The notes: a model not told the origin generated them from the letters alone. Counted from the stretch's first letter, positions 39,818 through 54,704 are shown. The stretch is DNA of 64,000 nucleotides from Eledone cirrhosa (GCA_964016885.1 OZ024750.1:18848001-18912000); one strand, 5' to 3'. Made by a program: numbers and translations.

Positions 39818-40857
39818 TGATAGTGCTAGTGTCTTGATAAAGTGCACCCAATATACTTTGAAAAGTGGTAGTGCTGGTGCCACAATGAAATACACCTGCT
39901 ACACTTTGTAAAGTATTAGTGATGGTGCCATGATAAAACACACCCAGTATACTCTGTATGATGCCTGCATGCGAACTGTAATACTACAAATACTACATGG
40001 CAGTAAGACCTGGGATTTGACTGCAGAACACCTGTGAAACGAATATCCTTCAATGGATGTGTAATGTTAATGTGCATAAACGATACATAGTGCTGCTACC
40101 ATAAGTCGCACTCACTATACTCTGTAAAGTGGTTGGTGTTAGAAAGGGCTTCTCACCATAGAAACTATGCCAAAAAAAATGGATGCGAGGACCCTCCAGT
40201 AATGGGATGGCATGCTCTCTAGTGTTGCCATGAAAAATACACCCAGTTGACCCTCTAAGGTAGTTGGTAATAGGAAAAGTATACAACTGTAGCAATCATG
40301 CCAAAAAAGGGTTGAGAAGATTCTTCAGTTATGTCAAGAGTACGATAACCTCTTTAGTGTTGGTGTTCTACATGATAAACACACTCAAATCACTCTGTAA
40401 AGTGGTTGGTGATAGGAAGGGCATTCAGCTTTAGAAAACCTGTCAAACAAAGGATTGGGAGGACTCTTCAGCTGTCATAGACATGACAACCTCCCTAGTG
40501 CTGGTGTTACGATAAAATACAACTGTGTGGTCTCTTCACTCTAGAGTGTGGGAACATATGTAAGCAAGAAGCTGGCCTGTCTGAAGGTCAGTAGCTCTGA
40601 TTAAGTACTGTCTTGCTAGAAGGGAAAACAGATGTTAAAGGATGAGGAATCATGTGATTCTGGGTCCAATCCCACAATATAGTATCTTGATAAAGAATCT
40701 TTTACCCTAAACATGGTTTAATTAAAACTTTGTAAATGGAATTTGGTAGTCAGGAAGTGTGTGGAAACCTGTCAATTTTCACCATTATTTTTTTCCTTGT
40801 TTTTCTATTGTCATTGAAAGTGTAAAAAAAATAATAATATAAAAAGGAAAACTTTAA

Positions 40858-40995
<138 letters not shown>

Positions 40996-41129
40996 TAGGT
41001 GCTGTTTGTTTATGTTACATAACTTAGTGGTTTGATAAGATAAATACTGTAAGTACTGTTATCAATATGATTGACAAAACCCTTTCACTCTCTTGTTACA
41101 ATGTGCAATCTATCAGTGTCAAAGCAATG

Positions 41130-41545
41130 ATCATGAAACACATTTTCTGCTGAATGGACACATAATCTGTATGGATGAGTCCCAATTGCCAAGGATAGTG
41201 CTTTTTAGTGAGCTAATTGAGTGTTCTTGTCAATGTGGTGATCATAAAAAGCATGGGAAAGACCAACTGAAGTACATCCTCGTTGCCTGTGTAATTCCTG
41301 CCAAGGATTCATTGTGGATTAGAAGGTGTGGAGGAGTTTGAAGCTGAACACACTAGGCACAAGATTATTGAAGAGCAACTCTGCACCATTGCTAAATTTG
41401 GTCATCCAATAGTAACAATGAGGTTTTTCATTTATGGCTAGCTTGTCCATTTGGATTTATCTTTCACATATTGGACTTGTAGCTCCTCTGTATTCATCAG
41501 AAGACTGGTTGAGTAGATTATCTGCTGGAGAGAAGCAATGTCATC
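41130..41545 (+). mobile_element. RTE (BovB-like) LINE 3' remnant in an intron
   Basis: GHII.MDESQLPRIVLFSEL......G..KK..KDQLK translation. Confidence 0.75.
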
Positions 41546-41735
41546 ATCGAATCAGTGTACAGCCAACCAAGAGTGTTGGTGTGTATATCATCATCATCAT
41601 TGTTTAACGTTTATTTTCCACATTAGCATGGGTTAGACGGGCTGTCTCATTTGAAGCAAATTGGGTCAGGTGATCATGTCTTACTCATATAGAGCTGCTT
41701 CTGGCTAGGTTTCTATGGCTGGATGTCCTTCCTAA

Positions 41736-42023
<288 letters not shown>

Positions 42024-42086
42024 TGAGTTGATGTGTGATGGTGTTGGTTGTAATGAAGTAGTAGTTTCATTATTAATGCTGGTGGT

Positions 42087-42210
42087 TAGCTTTGCCTTTC
42101 ACCTTTACAAGGTCGATAAAATAAAGCACCAGTAATGCACTGGGGTCAATTTAATCAATTTTCCCTTCTCCCCAAATTGCTGGCCTTGTGCCTATAGTAG
42201 AAATCATTAT
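42087..42210 (+). mobile_element. 5'-truncated Nin-domain SINE with 20-bp TSD
   Basis: TCATTATTAATGCTGGTGGT at 42067-42086 and 42204-42223. Confidence 0.85.
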
Positions 42211-42558
42211 TAATGCTGGTGGTGGCGGTGATTGTAATGGTGGAAACGATGATATCGATGGAAGTAGTGGTAATGATGATAATGGTTGTAATGGTGATGG
42301 TATGACTAGAGGTAGTGGTGGTGGGGTGATGGTTGTGATATTGCTGTGGTGGTGGTGATGCTAACTACAATGTTTGGGTGGTAGTGGTGATGGCAATTAT
42401 ATTACTGGTGGAAATGTTGGTTATCATAATGATGATGACAGCTGTAAATCAACTGAAGGATTTATAACAAGTGTTGTGAAATGAAGGTTAAAGCATTTGA
42501 CAATTGTATTTCTAAGCATGTGATATGAAGCATGTATCATGTGGCACTTGTCATGTAA

Positions 42559-42765
<207 letters not shown>

Positions 42766-43485
42766 TGAATAATTTTGATGGATTTACTAAAGATAGTAGC
42801 TTAAAATATGGTTCTAATATAAAATCATGTCAGAAAAGTTTGATTTAAATAGGAACCCTTTAAAATGAGTGGATTTGTTTCCTAGAAACTGTGGTGGTTT
42901 TGGCCAGCTTGGTATCGTAAAGGTTAAAGACAGTTGTCATGATAGAGTTTTGGATGATAGACAGACCTTCCTACTGACTAGGGGAGTTAATTTGACATTT
43001 CACAAAAAGATTTAGAATAAGCTACAGGAAGAATTAAAACAAGAATGTAAAGAACCAAATTTCAAGGGAAGATTTTAAAGAAATGATAACTCTTAATATA
43101 CTATAATGATTTGGCAGAACATGTCATGTCTAAAAGCAGGTTTGTTAATCCAAATGTTTATAGTATCTTTATTAATGGGGAGATTGTTGTGAAAATTTAC
43201 AGTAAACTAAAGTAAAAACTTTAATTTTTAATGTGATGCAGTCATAGTCCTGTTTTGTACTTTTCAAGAATGTCTTGTTAATGTGGTTTCATGTAGTTTG
43301 TTAATTCAGATGTTTATAGTATCTTTGCTAGTTAACAGATAGTAAAATTTGTAGTATTAGAGCCAAAGACTTTAATTTTTTTATGTGATGCAATCATAGA
43401 GTTGTTTAGATCTTAAGAATGTCTTGCCTATGTGGTTTAATGTGCTACAGGATATTTAGAGTTAATATTTATCTATTTATTTCAG

Positions 43486-43539
43486 GTTATCCAACATACA
43501 AAGAAAAAATTAAGAAACGCGCACGAGGAAGGCCAGAAG
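43486..43539 (+). CDS. BTBD10: BTBD10/KCTD20-like, coding exon 8
   Basis: GYPTYKEKIKKRARGRPE; CAG / GTGAG. Confidence 0.93.
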
Positions 43540-43899
43540 GTGAGATATCAAAGATCCAAATTATTTTACCGTTTTCTTTCTGTAAAAATCTATTAACTAT
43601 TTACTAACTTATTATTTGGCAGTATTGGTAGACGGTCGGACGCCATGCTTTACAGCACAGAGTTATAGCCCTTTACAGTCAGAGTTCAAATCCCATTTGA
43701 GGCAACTTGAGTCAGGTGACCGTGTCTTACTCATATAGAACGACCACTTTACAGTGTGAGCTGGATATACAACCTAATATGAAGTCAGTTAAATCTACAT
43801 AGGTGTGAACTATAACAACATGATAGGACTATGACCCCCCGATTATTAAAACACCCGAGAAACCTCCTATGAGATGCAACATAGTAGTAGGCCAACTAA

Positions 43900-44433
<534 letters not shown>

Positions 44434-44749
44434 GCTAAAACAATGCATGTTTTATTCTTTCTTGAAAAAAAAAAAAACTTCTGACGACGACACCCACCAT
44501 TTTTTTTTTCTCTGCAATATTGGGAGTCCTATTGGTGTTTTGGTCATTTGGTCACTTTGGTCATTGTGGTCATCTGGTCACTTGGTCTGTTGATCATTTG
44601 GTCACTTTGGCCCTTTCAATCAATGCAAATTGGTCCTTTTAATTAATGCAAATTGGGGCTCTGAAAGTAATATTAATAAAAGCAGCAACAATTTCTCTGT
44701 AAATTTGGAGGCCCATGATGGTGTATTTTTGAATGTCCTTTGCATATTG

Positions 44750-45082
44750 CAAAGCTTGACCTTGACAAAACTTAAGTCTGAATTTGACCATGGTACAGCC
44801 TATGTCTAAAGTGTGAATGGAGACATAATAACTTTGTCCATGCCACAGCCTGTGTTTTAACTTGACGTTGGTAAACCTTGAGTCTTGAGTGTGGATGTAG
44901 ACTTAACAACCATGAACTTGGTACAGTCTGAGTCTAGAGTGTTAGTGTATGCTTAACAACCTTGACCTTGGTACAGCCTAAGTCTAGAGTGAGTGTACAC
45001 TTGACAACCTTGATCTTGGTACAGCCTGAGACATGAGTGTTAGTGTTGACTTAACAACCTTGACCTTGATACAACTACAGTC
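44750..45082. repeat. Degenerate ~50-bp tandem repeat just 3' of the BTBD10 stop codon
   Basis: Recurring CTTAACAACCTTGACCTTGGTACAGCCT.AGTCTAGAGTG, about 6 copies. Confidence 0.75.
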
Positions 45083-45369
45083 TTGCTTCTTAAACTTCCA
45101 ATAACACCTTTTTTTACCTCTACAATATTAGATCCTGATGGTGTTTTGGTTGATGGTCCTTTCACATAACACCCTTCACATAAAAAGCAACAAAATATAT
45201 GATGAACAAAAAGAAAAAAAGAAAACTTTATTTTTTTCTGTTGTCTATGGATGGTTTTTGTCTGTTCTAAACACGCATAGAATAATTACATAGCACACTC
45301 TCTCTCTCACACACACATTGAACATGTATATTTAGGCTAGAGTGTCAGAATGTCCACACACACACGCAC

Positions 45370-45398
45370 ACACACACATATGTATATGTGTGTATATC

Positions 45399-45459
<61 letters not shown>

Positions 45460-46124
45460 ATGTGTGTATATCTATGTATATATATATATGTATGTATATG
45501 TGTGTATATCTATGTATATATATATATGTATGTATATGTGTGTATATCTATGTATGTATATATATATATGTATGTATATGTGTGTATATCTATGTATGTA
45601 TATATATATATGTATGTATATGTGTGTATATCTATGTATATATATGTATGTATATGTGTGTATATCTATGTATATATATATATGTATGTATATGTGTGTA
45701 TATCTATGTATGTATATATATATATGTATGTATATGTGTGTATATCTATGTATATATATGTATGTATATGTGTGTATATCTATGTATATATATGTGTGTA
45801 TATCTATGTATATATATGTATGTATATGTGTGTATATCTATGTATGTATATATGTATGTATATGTGTGTATATCTATATATATATATATATATATGTATG
45901 TATATGTGTGTATATCTATGTATGTATATATATATATATATGTATATGTGTGTATATCTATGTATGTATATATATGTATGTATATGTGTGTATATCTATG
46001 TATGTATATATATATATGTATGTATATATATATGTATGTATATATATATCTATGTATATGTGTATATATATGTATATATATGTATGTACATGTATGTATA
46101 TATATGTATGTAGGTATGTATATG

Positions 46125-46155
<31 letters not shown>

Positions 46156-46233
46156 CTATGTACATGTATGTATATATATATGTATGTAGGTATGTATATG
46201 TATATATATATATGTGTATATATATATATATAT
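45370..46233. repeat. Complex (TA/TG) microsatellite with a higher-order TATGTGTGTATATCTATG unit
   Basis: Direct reading. Confidence 0.95.
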
Positions 46234-46694
46234 AAATATGAAGTGTTCACAGCTCAGAGACCAGGAAGACGAATGAGCAGGGTAGTACTCAATGCATGTT
46301 TAGGTGCAGGGCTGGTATAGTAGTAATTAGTAAAAGATAGAGGGCCCACTCCATTTTGCTTGGCCTGAAAGCTAACTGGTTTTGAAGTCTTTATTCATAA
46401 TCAACCATTGTAGGCTAGCCAAAACGGTGGGCTCTCTATTGGGATTTTACTAATTACACATGCTTGCACACACACACACACACACACATTCACAGTTACA
46501 CACACACACATAAACACATGAAATAGAATAGTTTTTCATTAAATAATTGTTTCTACGTTAGGCACAAGGCCAGCAATTAATCAGTGTATTACTGGTACTT
46601 TATTTTATTAAATAATGATAGGAAACCTCAGTTAAAGTAAGATACTTGATACGTCAAATAGTGATAGTACTTAATTTTTTTTTCATTTAGAACT

Positions 46695-46749
46695 GACTTC
46701 TACAGGACTAGTGCTGTTTCATTCTATGGTGAAATCATCAGGAAAAGCC
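46695..46749 (-). ncRNA. Type I hammerhead ribozyme, family C
   Basis: Minus strand GGCTTTTC-CTGATGA-tTTC accata GAAt-GAAA-CAG cactagtc CTG-TA-GAAGTC: all core nucleotides intact, GUA site. Confidence 0.8.
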
Positions 46750-47019
46750 TGTAGAATGAAACAGTATTAGAGAAAATACTAACTAGTAAATTACATGTCT
46801 GGTGCTCAAGAACAACATTTCTGGGATCTGCTCTCTTACCCTCTTTTTTTACTTTTCCTGTATATATTATCATAATTGTAAATAAATTTAAAATGGTGAT
46901 GTTACATAAATAAATACTCATTCATATATATATATATACTATAGTCAAGTGTAATCACTCAATTAGTAACATCTTATCCACATATATATATATATATATT
47001 GCATCTGGAACTAGCTGTT

Positions 47020-47140
47020 GACACAGCAAGAGCTCAGCCATTGGGGTCTGACTCTTTTATATAACCATACTCTACTACTCCAAGTATCAAGTACTCTGGT
47101 GAGTAATGGTCTAACAGGTTTTTACTGCATCCATTTTGAT
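47020..47140 (+). mobile_element. Decayed family B Penelope-like end
   Basis: GAGCTCAGC..GGGGTCT...ACTCTACTAC..CAAGTAT..AGTACT..GGTG.GT.ATGGTC aligns by eye to 10600-10690; between TA runs. Confidence 0.6.
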
Positions 47141-47294
47141 ATATATATATCATCATCATCATCATCATCATCGTTTAACGTCCATCTTCCACGCTTGCAT
47201 GGGTTTGGATATATACTGCATCCATTTTGATATATATATATATATACCGTCTAACCCATGCTAGCATGGAAAATAGACGTTAAACAAAGATGAT

Positions 47295-47328
<34 letters not shown>

Positions 47329-47385
47329 CACACATATATACATAGTTATGTAGTAATCACATATACATACATCGATATATATACC

Positions 47386-47422
<37 letters not shown>

Positions 47423-48351
47423 TAAACTTAGCTACATAGTACTCAAATATACATACATGAATACATTTTAGATATATAGCACTCATATATAAATACATAG
47501 CTAGATTAATGCAAGTGTGTGTGTGTATTTGTGTATATTCATGGTAAAGACATCCACTTGACAAATACATGGTTTGGGCTTCAACCCTACTACATAGGCA
47601 AGTGTTTTTTTTTTTTTTTTTTTTGTCGTTTTTTTTCTACTGTAACAACTTCAGGTTGACCAAAACTTTGTAAATGAAAATTTGGTAGACGGAAACTGTG
47701 TGGAAGCCCGTCAAAATAACCATTCCTGTTTCTTGGGTGGTAGAAATTAATCCGTCGCCCAGTTTTTTTCACCACCACTACCTGGCCTTTCGGTGGCCTT
47801 TAGCAAAATCCATCCACTTTGTTGAATGCATGCATGCAGGCCAGGTCAAACTACCTCTTTCCTTTCCTCCTATAAGCAATTCATTAAATAAAGAAAACAC
47901 CCCAAAAACGCAGACATTTTTTTCAGTTGGCTTCACTCACCCCAACACAAGTTATTTTTGGTGGGTTGAGGAAGTTTAATATGTACTAAATTCCAGTTTG
48001 TTTGCGAGGTCAACTTTGCCTTTTATCCATCCGGAGTTGATAAATCAAAAGACCAGTCTAACGGAGGTGGTGGGTTGGCAGAATTGTTCAAGTATCAGAT
48101 GGGGTGTTTGGTGTATCTGATCTTGTCCTGTGCAGTATTCTGAGTTCAAATCCCACCTCCTCCTGCTAGGAGTTTGTGACTGGCTGATAGTATATATATA
48201 TAAGTGTATATGTGTGTGTGTATATATATATATATATATCATGATGATCATCATCATCGTTTAATGTCCATCTTCCATGCTAGCATGGGTAGGACAAACC
48301 CGTCTAAACCATTCTAGCTCGGAAGATAGACATTAAACGATGATGATGATG

Positions 48352-48384
<33 letters not shown>

Positions 48385-48442
48385 TATATACATATATATG
48401 TGTATAAGTATACATATATATGTGTATATATATGTGTGTGTG

Positions 48443-48474
<32 letters not shown>

Positions 48475-50490
48475 CACGTGTATGTATATATGTGTGTATA
48501 CATGTATATCTATATATTTATATATGTATATATATATATGTGTGTGTGTGTGTACACTGTATACCAGTAGTTGTGACTGGAAGATAGTATCAGCAATAGA
48601 AAGATTACTATTTCCTTGGTCTGATTTAACTATCGGCTCCTTTTCTTTCCTGTTTTTTTTTTTTATTTGCAATATGTTGAACCATTCTCTTGGACTCCTT
48701 CAGACATTATTCTCAGTGAAATCAGCCTGACCATCATATAAACTTGTTGGTCTTTCTCATCAAGATGAACTAAAAATATAATTTTTTTTTTTGTATTTTA
48801 CTATTAAATTAAAAAAAAAAAAGTTTGTTTCTTGTCAATTTACTGCACTTGAAATTGAAATATTTATTTTACCATGTAAGAAAAGTACAGTTGATTAAAC
48901 CATTTGTTACTATTTTTCCAATGAAATACACTGCCTTTAATTTTGAAATTTTGGAAATATCCAAGAATTTGGCAGGAATTAGTAATTTAACTATCTTTCT
49001 CAAAGGCTCTTGAATAAAATTATTATGGGTTTTAGATAAATATAAGTACTTCAATCCTTTTGTAGCCATATTTCTAATGAAAGACACTGCCTATGATTTT
49101 CAAATCATTTTGAAACTAATCAAGAATTTAGTGGTATTTAATAGTATAACTAACTTTCTCATTAATAAGGTGGTGTTTCGAGCATGAATTAACAAAGTTT
49201 CTTATATAGAATTAGGATGAAAGGTGTTTAGATAAATATAAACACTTCAAAATATACAGCTTAGTATTGTAGAACCAGGGTGGGAGGTGGGGGTTCAAGT
49301 TGTTTGGTATTAAAAAGTTTAAACAAATAAAATACCTGAAGTAAATAAATTGAAAATTAAAAAAATTGACTTTAAATACCTAGAGTAAAAAAGAAGTGGT
49401 GCTTTTCTATGGCTGCTTGACCTGCTAGAAATAGCAGTCAAATATCCCAGGTAGGCTACACTTTTCAACTTACAGTTGACAGACCTAGTTTTTTTTTTAC
49501 ATATTTTGCTCAGAACTCTTTAAGAAAATTGCTAAACTTGCATTTTCCACTACACAGTCCACTCTCACCTATGCCAAGTCATGTAATAGATTATAACACA
49601 AATGACTCTCTCCAATACTTTAAATATATCCACAATGCTGCTATGCGGCAAAGATGTTTACTGATTTATTTATTGATCACAGGAATATTGGTATATATTA
49701 ATTAAGTTATACAAAATTGTATAAAACAGATCCTTTAAAATTCAGTAATGCCCCTATCTGGTCTGTATCCTAGTTGGTTTTAATCATAGTGCTGGCAGTG
49801 GATTGGCAGAAACTTATAGACTTGAGCCAGAAGCCTTGTAGGGTTTAGTTATGTCTCTTTACATTTAGAGTTCAAATCCTGCCAGAGTCAACTTTGTCTT
49901 TCATCCTTCTGGGATCAATAATATAAAGTACCAGTCATGTACTGAGGAATCAGTTAAATCAACTGTACTCTTATCTGATATTTTAGGCCATATGCCTGTT
50001 GGAAATTGATATGTTTATATTTTAACAGATCAAGCTCTGTTAATTTTTTGAAATATATATGTATATATTATTTGAACAGATTAAAAGTTTAAGCACAGAA
50101 TCTTTGCTTCCACCCTTAACCCTTTAATCTTCAAAACCGGCCAGAATTCTCTACCTTTTTCTGTTGAATCTGGCTGTAACCAGTTGCTCAAACAGATGTT
50201 ACGGTATTGTTCTCAAAATAGATACTTTCAAAATCTCATAGATTCGATATTATGTGAGATAATTATGCGAGTTAAAGCCTTTACCATGAAAATATAGTAG
50301 TGTATATAGAGTAATGTGAATGCTAAAGGGTTAAACATTTAATCTGTTTAAATAAAATAAATATTTGCTCCACGGTTATATATGTTACTGTATATATATA
50401 ACTTTTATTGAGCCCTCTCTGGATTTTGATCTTTTTAACTTTATATATATATAGAATTGTAATATACATATATATTATATTTGAAGATAT

Positions 50491-50567
50491 ATAGGGTGGC
50501 CCAAAAGTTACTAGATCATTTATTAGTAATATTTTTAAATGGTCTGTTAACTTTTGGGCCACTCTGT
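50491..50567. mobile_element. Very short mariner/Tc1-type MITE
   Basis: AGGGTGGCCCAAAAGTTA ... TAACTTTTGGGCCACTCT inverted ends in TA context. Confidence 0.65.
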
Positions 50568-52375
50568 TTATATATATATATATATGTATGAATCTATGAT
50601 ATTTTATTGGAAGCTGAAATATATATTTATCTAAACATAAGATTGGAGCCAAGGAACTCCAATACACATTTGTGAACTTTCAGCTTCAAAAGCTAAAAAC
50701 ATATATATAACTCTACTTTTTGTATTGAGTCCTTACTTTTCTGTATGCTCGTTTACACTTGAAGTGTTTACATACATATTATCATATATATATACATATA
50801 TGTATATATATATATATATATAAAATTGTTTTCTCTCTTCGGCTTATGTGTAAAAACAGTAAAATTTGAAAAGTTGAAGTCAAATCATGCCATTAACTTG
50901 CTACAAGAAATACCATATTTTTCCAAATATAAGACGCAACCCTACTTTGAAAAAAGTTTAGGGAAAAAGTTAATATTCAGTTCTACTTATACGTAATTTG
51001 TATATAATATTATTATTGTTAAAATAATGATAATAATGAAAATTATTGTGTACAGTGCTCGGGTGCACTACAACTCATCAAAGGTGCATGTATAGTACAT
51101 AAAATAATGTACAAATGTCAGGAAAGTGGTTCGGTAAATAGAGTACATAGCTGAATGGTTACACAATCGCTTCACAATCATTAGGTTCTGAGTTCAATCT
51201 CACTGTGTGACATCTTGAACAAGTGTCATTTATAAAGACTCAGGTTGACCCATGCCTTGTGAGTGAAATTGGATAAACAGAAACTATTTAGAAGCCCACT
51301 GGATGATACCTGTAAATCAAAGGGATAGCCTTGTTACATTGAATCTCCCTGAGCATTACTTTAAGGGTACATGTCTGTGGAATACTCAGCCACTTAGACA
51401 TTCATTTCATGAGCAGGCTGTCCCATTGATTGAACAACTGGAAAACTCATTGTTGAAACCAACAGAGGTCCTTTGAATGTACAGACTGTAGGTAGATTTT
51501 GATACAAATTTTCAGATAAAATGTGTACATCTTACACACTGGAAAATCCGGTAGATAAAATTGTTCTTTCTTCATCAAAGAAAAGATTATTTTAAAAAAA
51601 AGCTCTATTCGTTCTGCTGATAATGTCTTAGATTGTTTTTGCTGTATGTGTCCAAAGCTTGTCATAGTGTCTTCAAGCCGTATATGGTGTGAATATATCC
51701 TGATCCTTGACTGTTATTTATGGTGTGAATATATGCCAATGTCTCACTGCCATTAGTATTATTTGAACTATGAACAGACACATTTGTATTGAGCCATACA
51801 GCCCAATCCACTACTCCACTTCAAACACCCCCATCTATAGATATGTTAACCATTTTGAAATTAACCTGGATAAATCTGGCTGTTTCTATGAAACAAACCT
51901 ACCTATTTTAAAGTGTTTCTATTTAAATTAGATTAAAATTTTCCAACATAATTTTATATAAGAACCATATGTTAAGTTAGTATTCTAGTAATGAAATAAT
52001 TAATTTTTCATAAATCCCTCAAAATTCTTTATTCCTTAATAGAAATAGAGTGTATTTCATTTGAAATATGGTCACAAAATGGTTAGTAAGCATACATGCT
52101 TTCAGGTCTGTCTGTAGGGTTTGATAATGCTCATGTTAGATTAAATATTATGTGGTGCATTGTGAAAAAATGCTAGGGTAAGTAAATGGAATGTTGTATA
52201 ATTGAAGGACCATAGCCTCACACAGTGATAGTACCTCTTTGAGGGACAGTGATACTGTCACTAGCTTCACATAGTGATACCATATTTTTGAGGGACTGTA
52301 GCCTCACACTGTGATATCCCTTTCAAAATGATGTCTAACATTAAAAAACATACTTTATACCATTATTATTTCAAG

Positions 52376-52568
52376 GGCGGTGGATTGGCAGTATCGGTAG
52401 AGGGTCGGACGCCATGCTTTCCAGCATAGTTACGTCCCTTTACGATCTGAGTTCAAATCCTGCCGAGGTTGACTTTGCCTTTCATCCTTACGGGGGTCGA
52501 TGAAATAAAGTACCAGTAATACACTGGGGAAATTGCTGGCCTTGTGCCTAAAGTAGAAACAATTATTA
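52376..52568 (+). mobile_element. Full-length, young Nin-domain tRNA SINE
   Basis: Near-consensus copy; direct repeat ATTATTATTTCA at 52362-52373 and 52562-52573. Confidence 0.92.
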
Positions 52569-53608
52569 TTTCATTATATTATTCTAAATGTTAATATTAT
52601 TCAAATACTATGATAACGAGTTTGGCAGCCTACAAATTTGTGAAAAAAAAAAAGACGCGTTTAGACAATTATCCCTTAATGCCCTGTTAGCTAAGTATTC
52701 CTGAAAAATACAAAATGGCAGTATGACTGCATTAAAAATTATAGTTTTTACTTTCATAGAGCAAATTTTCTCTAGTAAAGATGCTGTAAACATTTGAATT
52801 AATAAACCACACTAGCAAAACAGCTTTATAGCATTAAGCCTGCATCACATTAAAGTCTTTAATACTGCAAGTTTTGACTAGTAAAAATACTGTAAACACT
52901 CGAATTAATAAATCACATTACTAAACAGCCTTGAAAAGTACAAAACACTACCATGACACATCACATTAAAGATTTTAATCTAATATTGCAAATTTTCATA
53001 ATCTGTTCACTAGTGAAGATATACTTTAAACATTTGAATTTACAACCCTTTTTTTAAATATTTTCTGCTAAACCATTACAGGATGTTAAGAGTTAGATAA
53101 ATACTAATTTTTATAGGGTAAAAGCAATAGTTATGTTGCGTGTTAGATATACGTACCTCTTGTTACTCATGCACTTAAGGACATCTGAACAATGTCTAAT
53201 ATGCCATACTGTAGCCACAGATATTACTGGTATATATGTGACTTTATATCTTAATACACGTTTCTTGGACAAACTTTTTTTAAACCCTGAATTGAATGTT
53301 CTACAAAAATACTTTTTATATTAATTTACTTTTACAGAATCATCATCAATATTATCATTTAACGTCTTTTTTTCCATGCTTACATGTGTTAAATGACTTG
53401 TCATGTCCTGAAGCTAGTCACGTCAGCTGACCACATCTTCCTCATACACACTATTTTTGGCTGGATGCCCTTCTTAATGCCAACCACTTTATAGAGTATA
53501 TTGGGTACATTTTATCATGGCACCATCACTACCATTTCACAGAATGCACTGGATGCATTTTATCACGGCATCATTATTGCCACTATATACATACATATAT
53601 ATATATAT

Positions 53609-54036
53609 TAATAAGAGGAATTCCAACTTTGTCTGATTTACTCGTTTTATTTACAATCCTTTAAAATTTATAATGGTATTATAATGAAATAGTATGATAG
53701 AATATTAAATTCTAAGTGTTAATTGAACAAGTACTTTCATGCTTTCGCAATCTTCAGGTTCATAATATGTGGTGACAGTCAAGTTTGCAATTTTCAACAG
53801 TTGAAAATTGCAAACTTGACTGTCACCACATATTATGAACCTGAAGATTGCGAAAGCATGAAAGTACTTGTTCAATTAACACTTAGAATTTAATATTCTA
53901 TCATACTATTTCATTATAATACCATTATAAATTTTAAAGGATTGTAAATAAAACGAGTAAATCAGACAAAGTTGGAATTCCTCTTATTATTATAATCTTC
54001 TATACACAATCATACACACCCGTGTATATTTACCTA

Positions 54037-54040
<4 letters not shown>
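53609..54040 (+). mobile_element. Perfect 190-bp-arm palindrome plus tail, family A Penelope-like end
   Basis: Arms 53609-53798 / 53800-53989 around a single A (53799), a ~50-nt tail, and (TA)n on both sides. Confidence 0.9.
53836..53874 (+). ncRNA. Minimal type I hammerhead ribozyme (mirror copy on minus strand at 53724-53762)
   Basis: TGAAC-CTGAAGA-tTGC gaaa GCAt-GAAA-GTAC-TT-GTTCA: 5-bp stem I, GNRA-capped stem II, palindromic GUAC loop III. Predicted cleavage after 53869. Confidence 0.85.
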
Positions 54041-54090
<50 letters not shown>

Positions 54091-54094
<4 letters not shown>

Positions 54095-54200
54095 ATATAG
54101 AAATGGCTTCTACAGGACTAGAACTGTTTCATTCAGAAGAAATCATCATATTGAGTACCTTACTGTGGTTACCCCCGATTGAACACGGGATAAACTTATA
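54091..54200. mobile_element. Family C Penelope-like end: inverted truncated hammerhead plus tail
   Basis: Minus-strand TGATGA..GAAA-CAG ttctagtc CTG-TA-GAAGCC (54105-54148) fused to plus-strand TATTGAGTACC..ACTGTGGTTACCCC tail; within (TA)n. Confidence 0.8.
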
Positions 54201-54262
54201 TATATATAGTGAAAGAGTGAAGAATAACATGGTCAGCTGTACAAAAAGGGTTTTATTTACAG

Positions 54263-54297
<35 letters not shown>

Positions 54298-54673
54298 TTT
54301 TATTAAAGTCTTGATTAATGTCAGCCATGGGGGGCTGTTAGTTGAACCTGTAGAAAAATGGACATTGAATGATGATGATGGTTTATATATGGTGCATAGT
54401 ATATATATATATAAAATGTGTATATAATATATTATGGTGCAGCTTTTTACTCATTAATGAAATGACTAATTAAGACTAAAATTAATTACTCCATTATTCA
54501 GTTCTATTGAATTAATGTGAGTGAAATTTAATAATTTTTCTGAATTTTTCATTCTCCCTTTTAAAATTCCATCTTTGCTTAAAATACAGCCCCAAAATAT
54601 TTTAACTGTATATAAAAAAAAAAAAAAAAAAAATGAAACATTGGATATATATGTGTGTATGTATGTATGTATG

Positions 54674-54704
<31 letters not shown>

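Noticed and set aside
45342-46250. Long YI/CV-rich ORFs (also at 10, 12, 48, 54 and 61-62 kb)
   Set aside because: (TA)/(TG) microsatellites lack stop codons.
52376-52470. tRNA genes
   Set aside because: The A/B boxes belong to SINE heads; no cloverleaf, and each is followed by the SINE core and tail.
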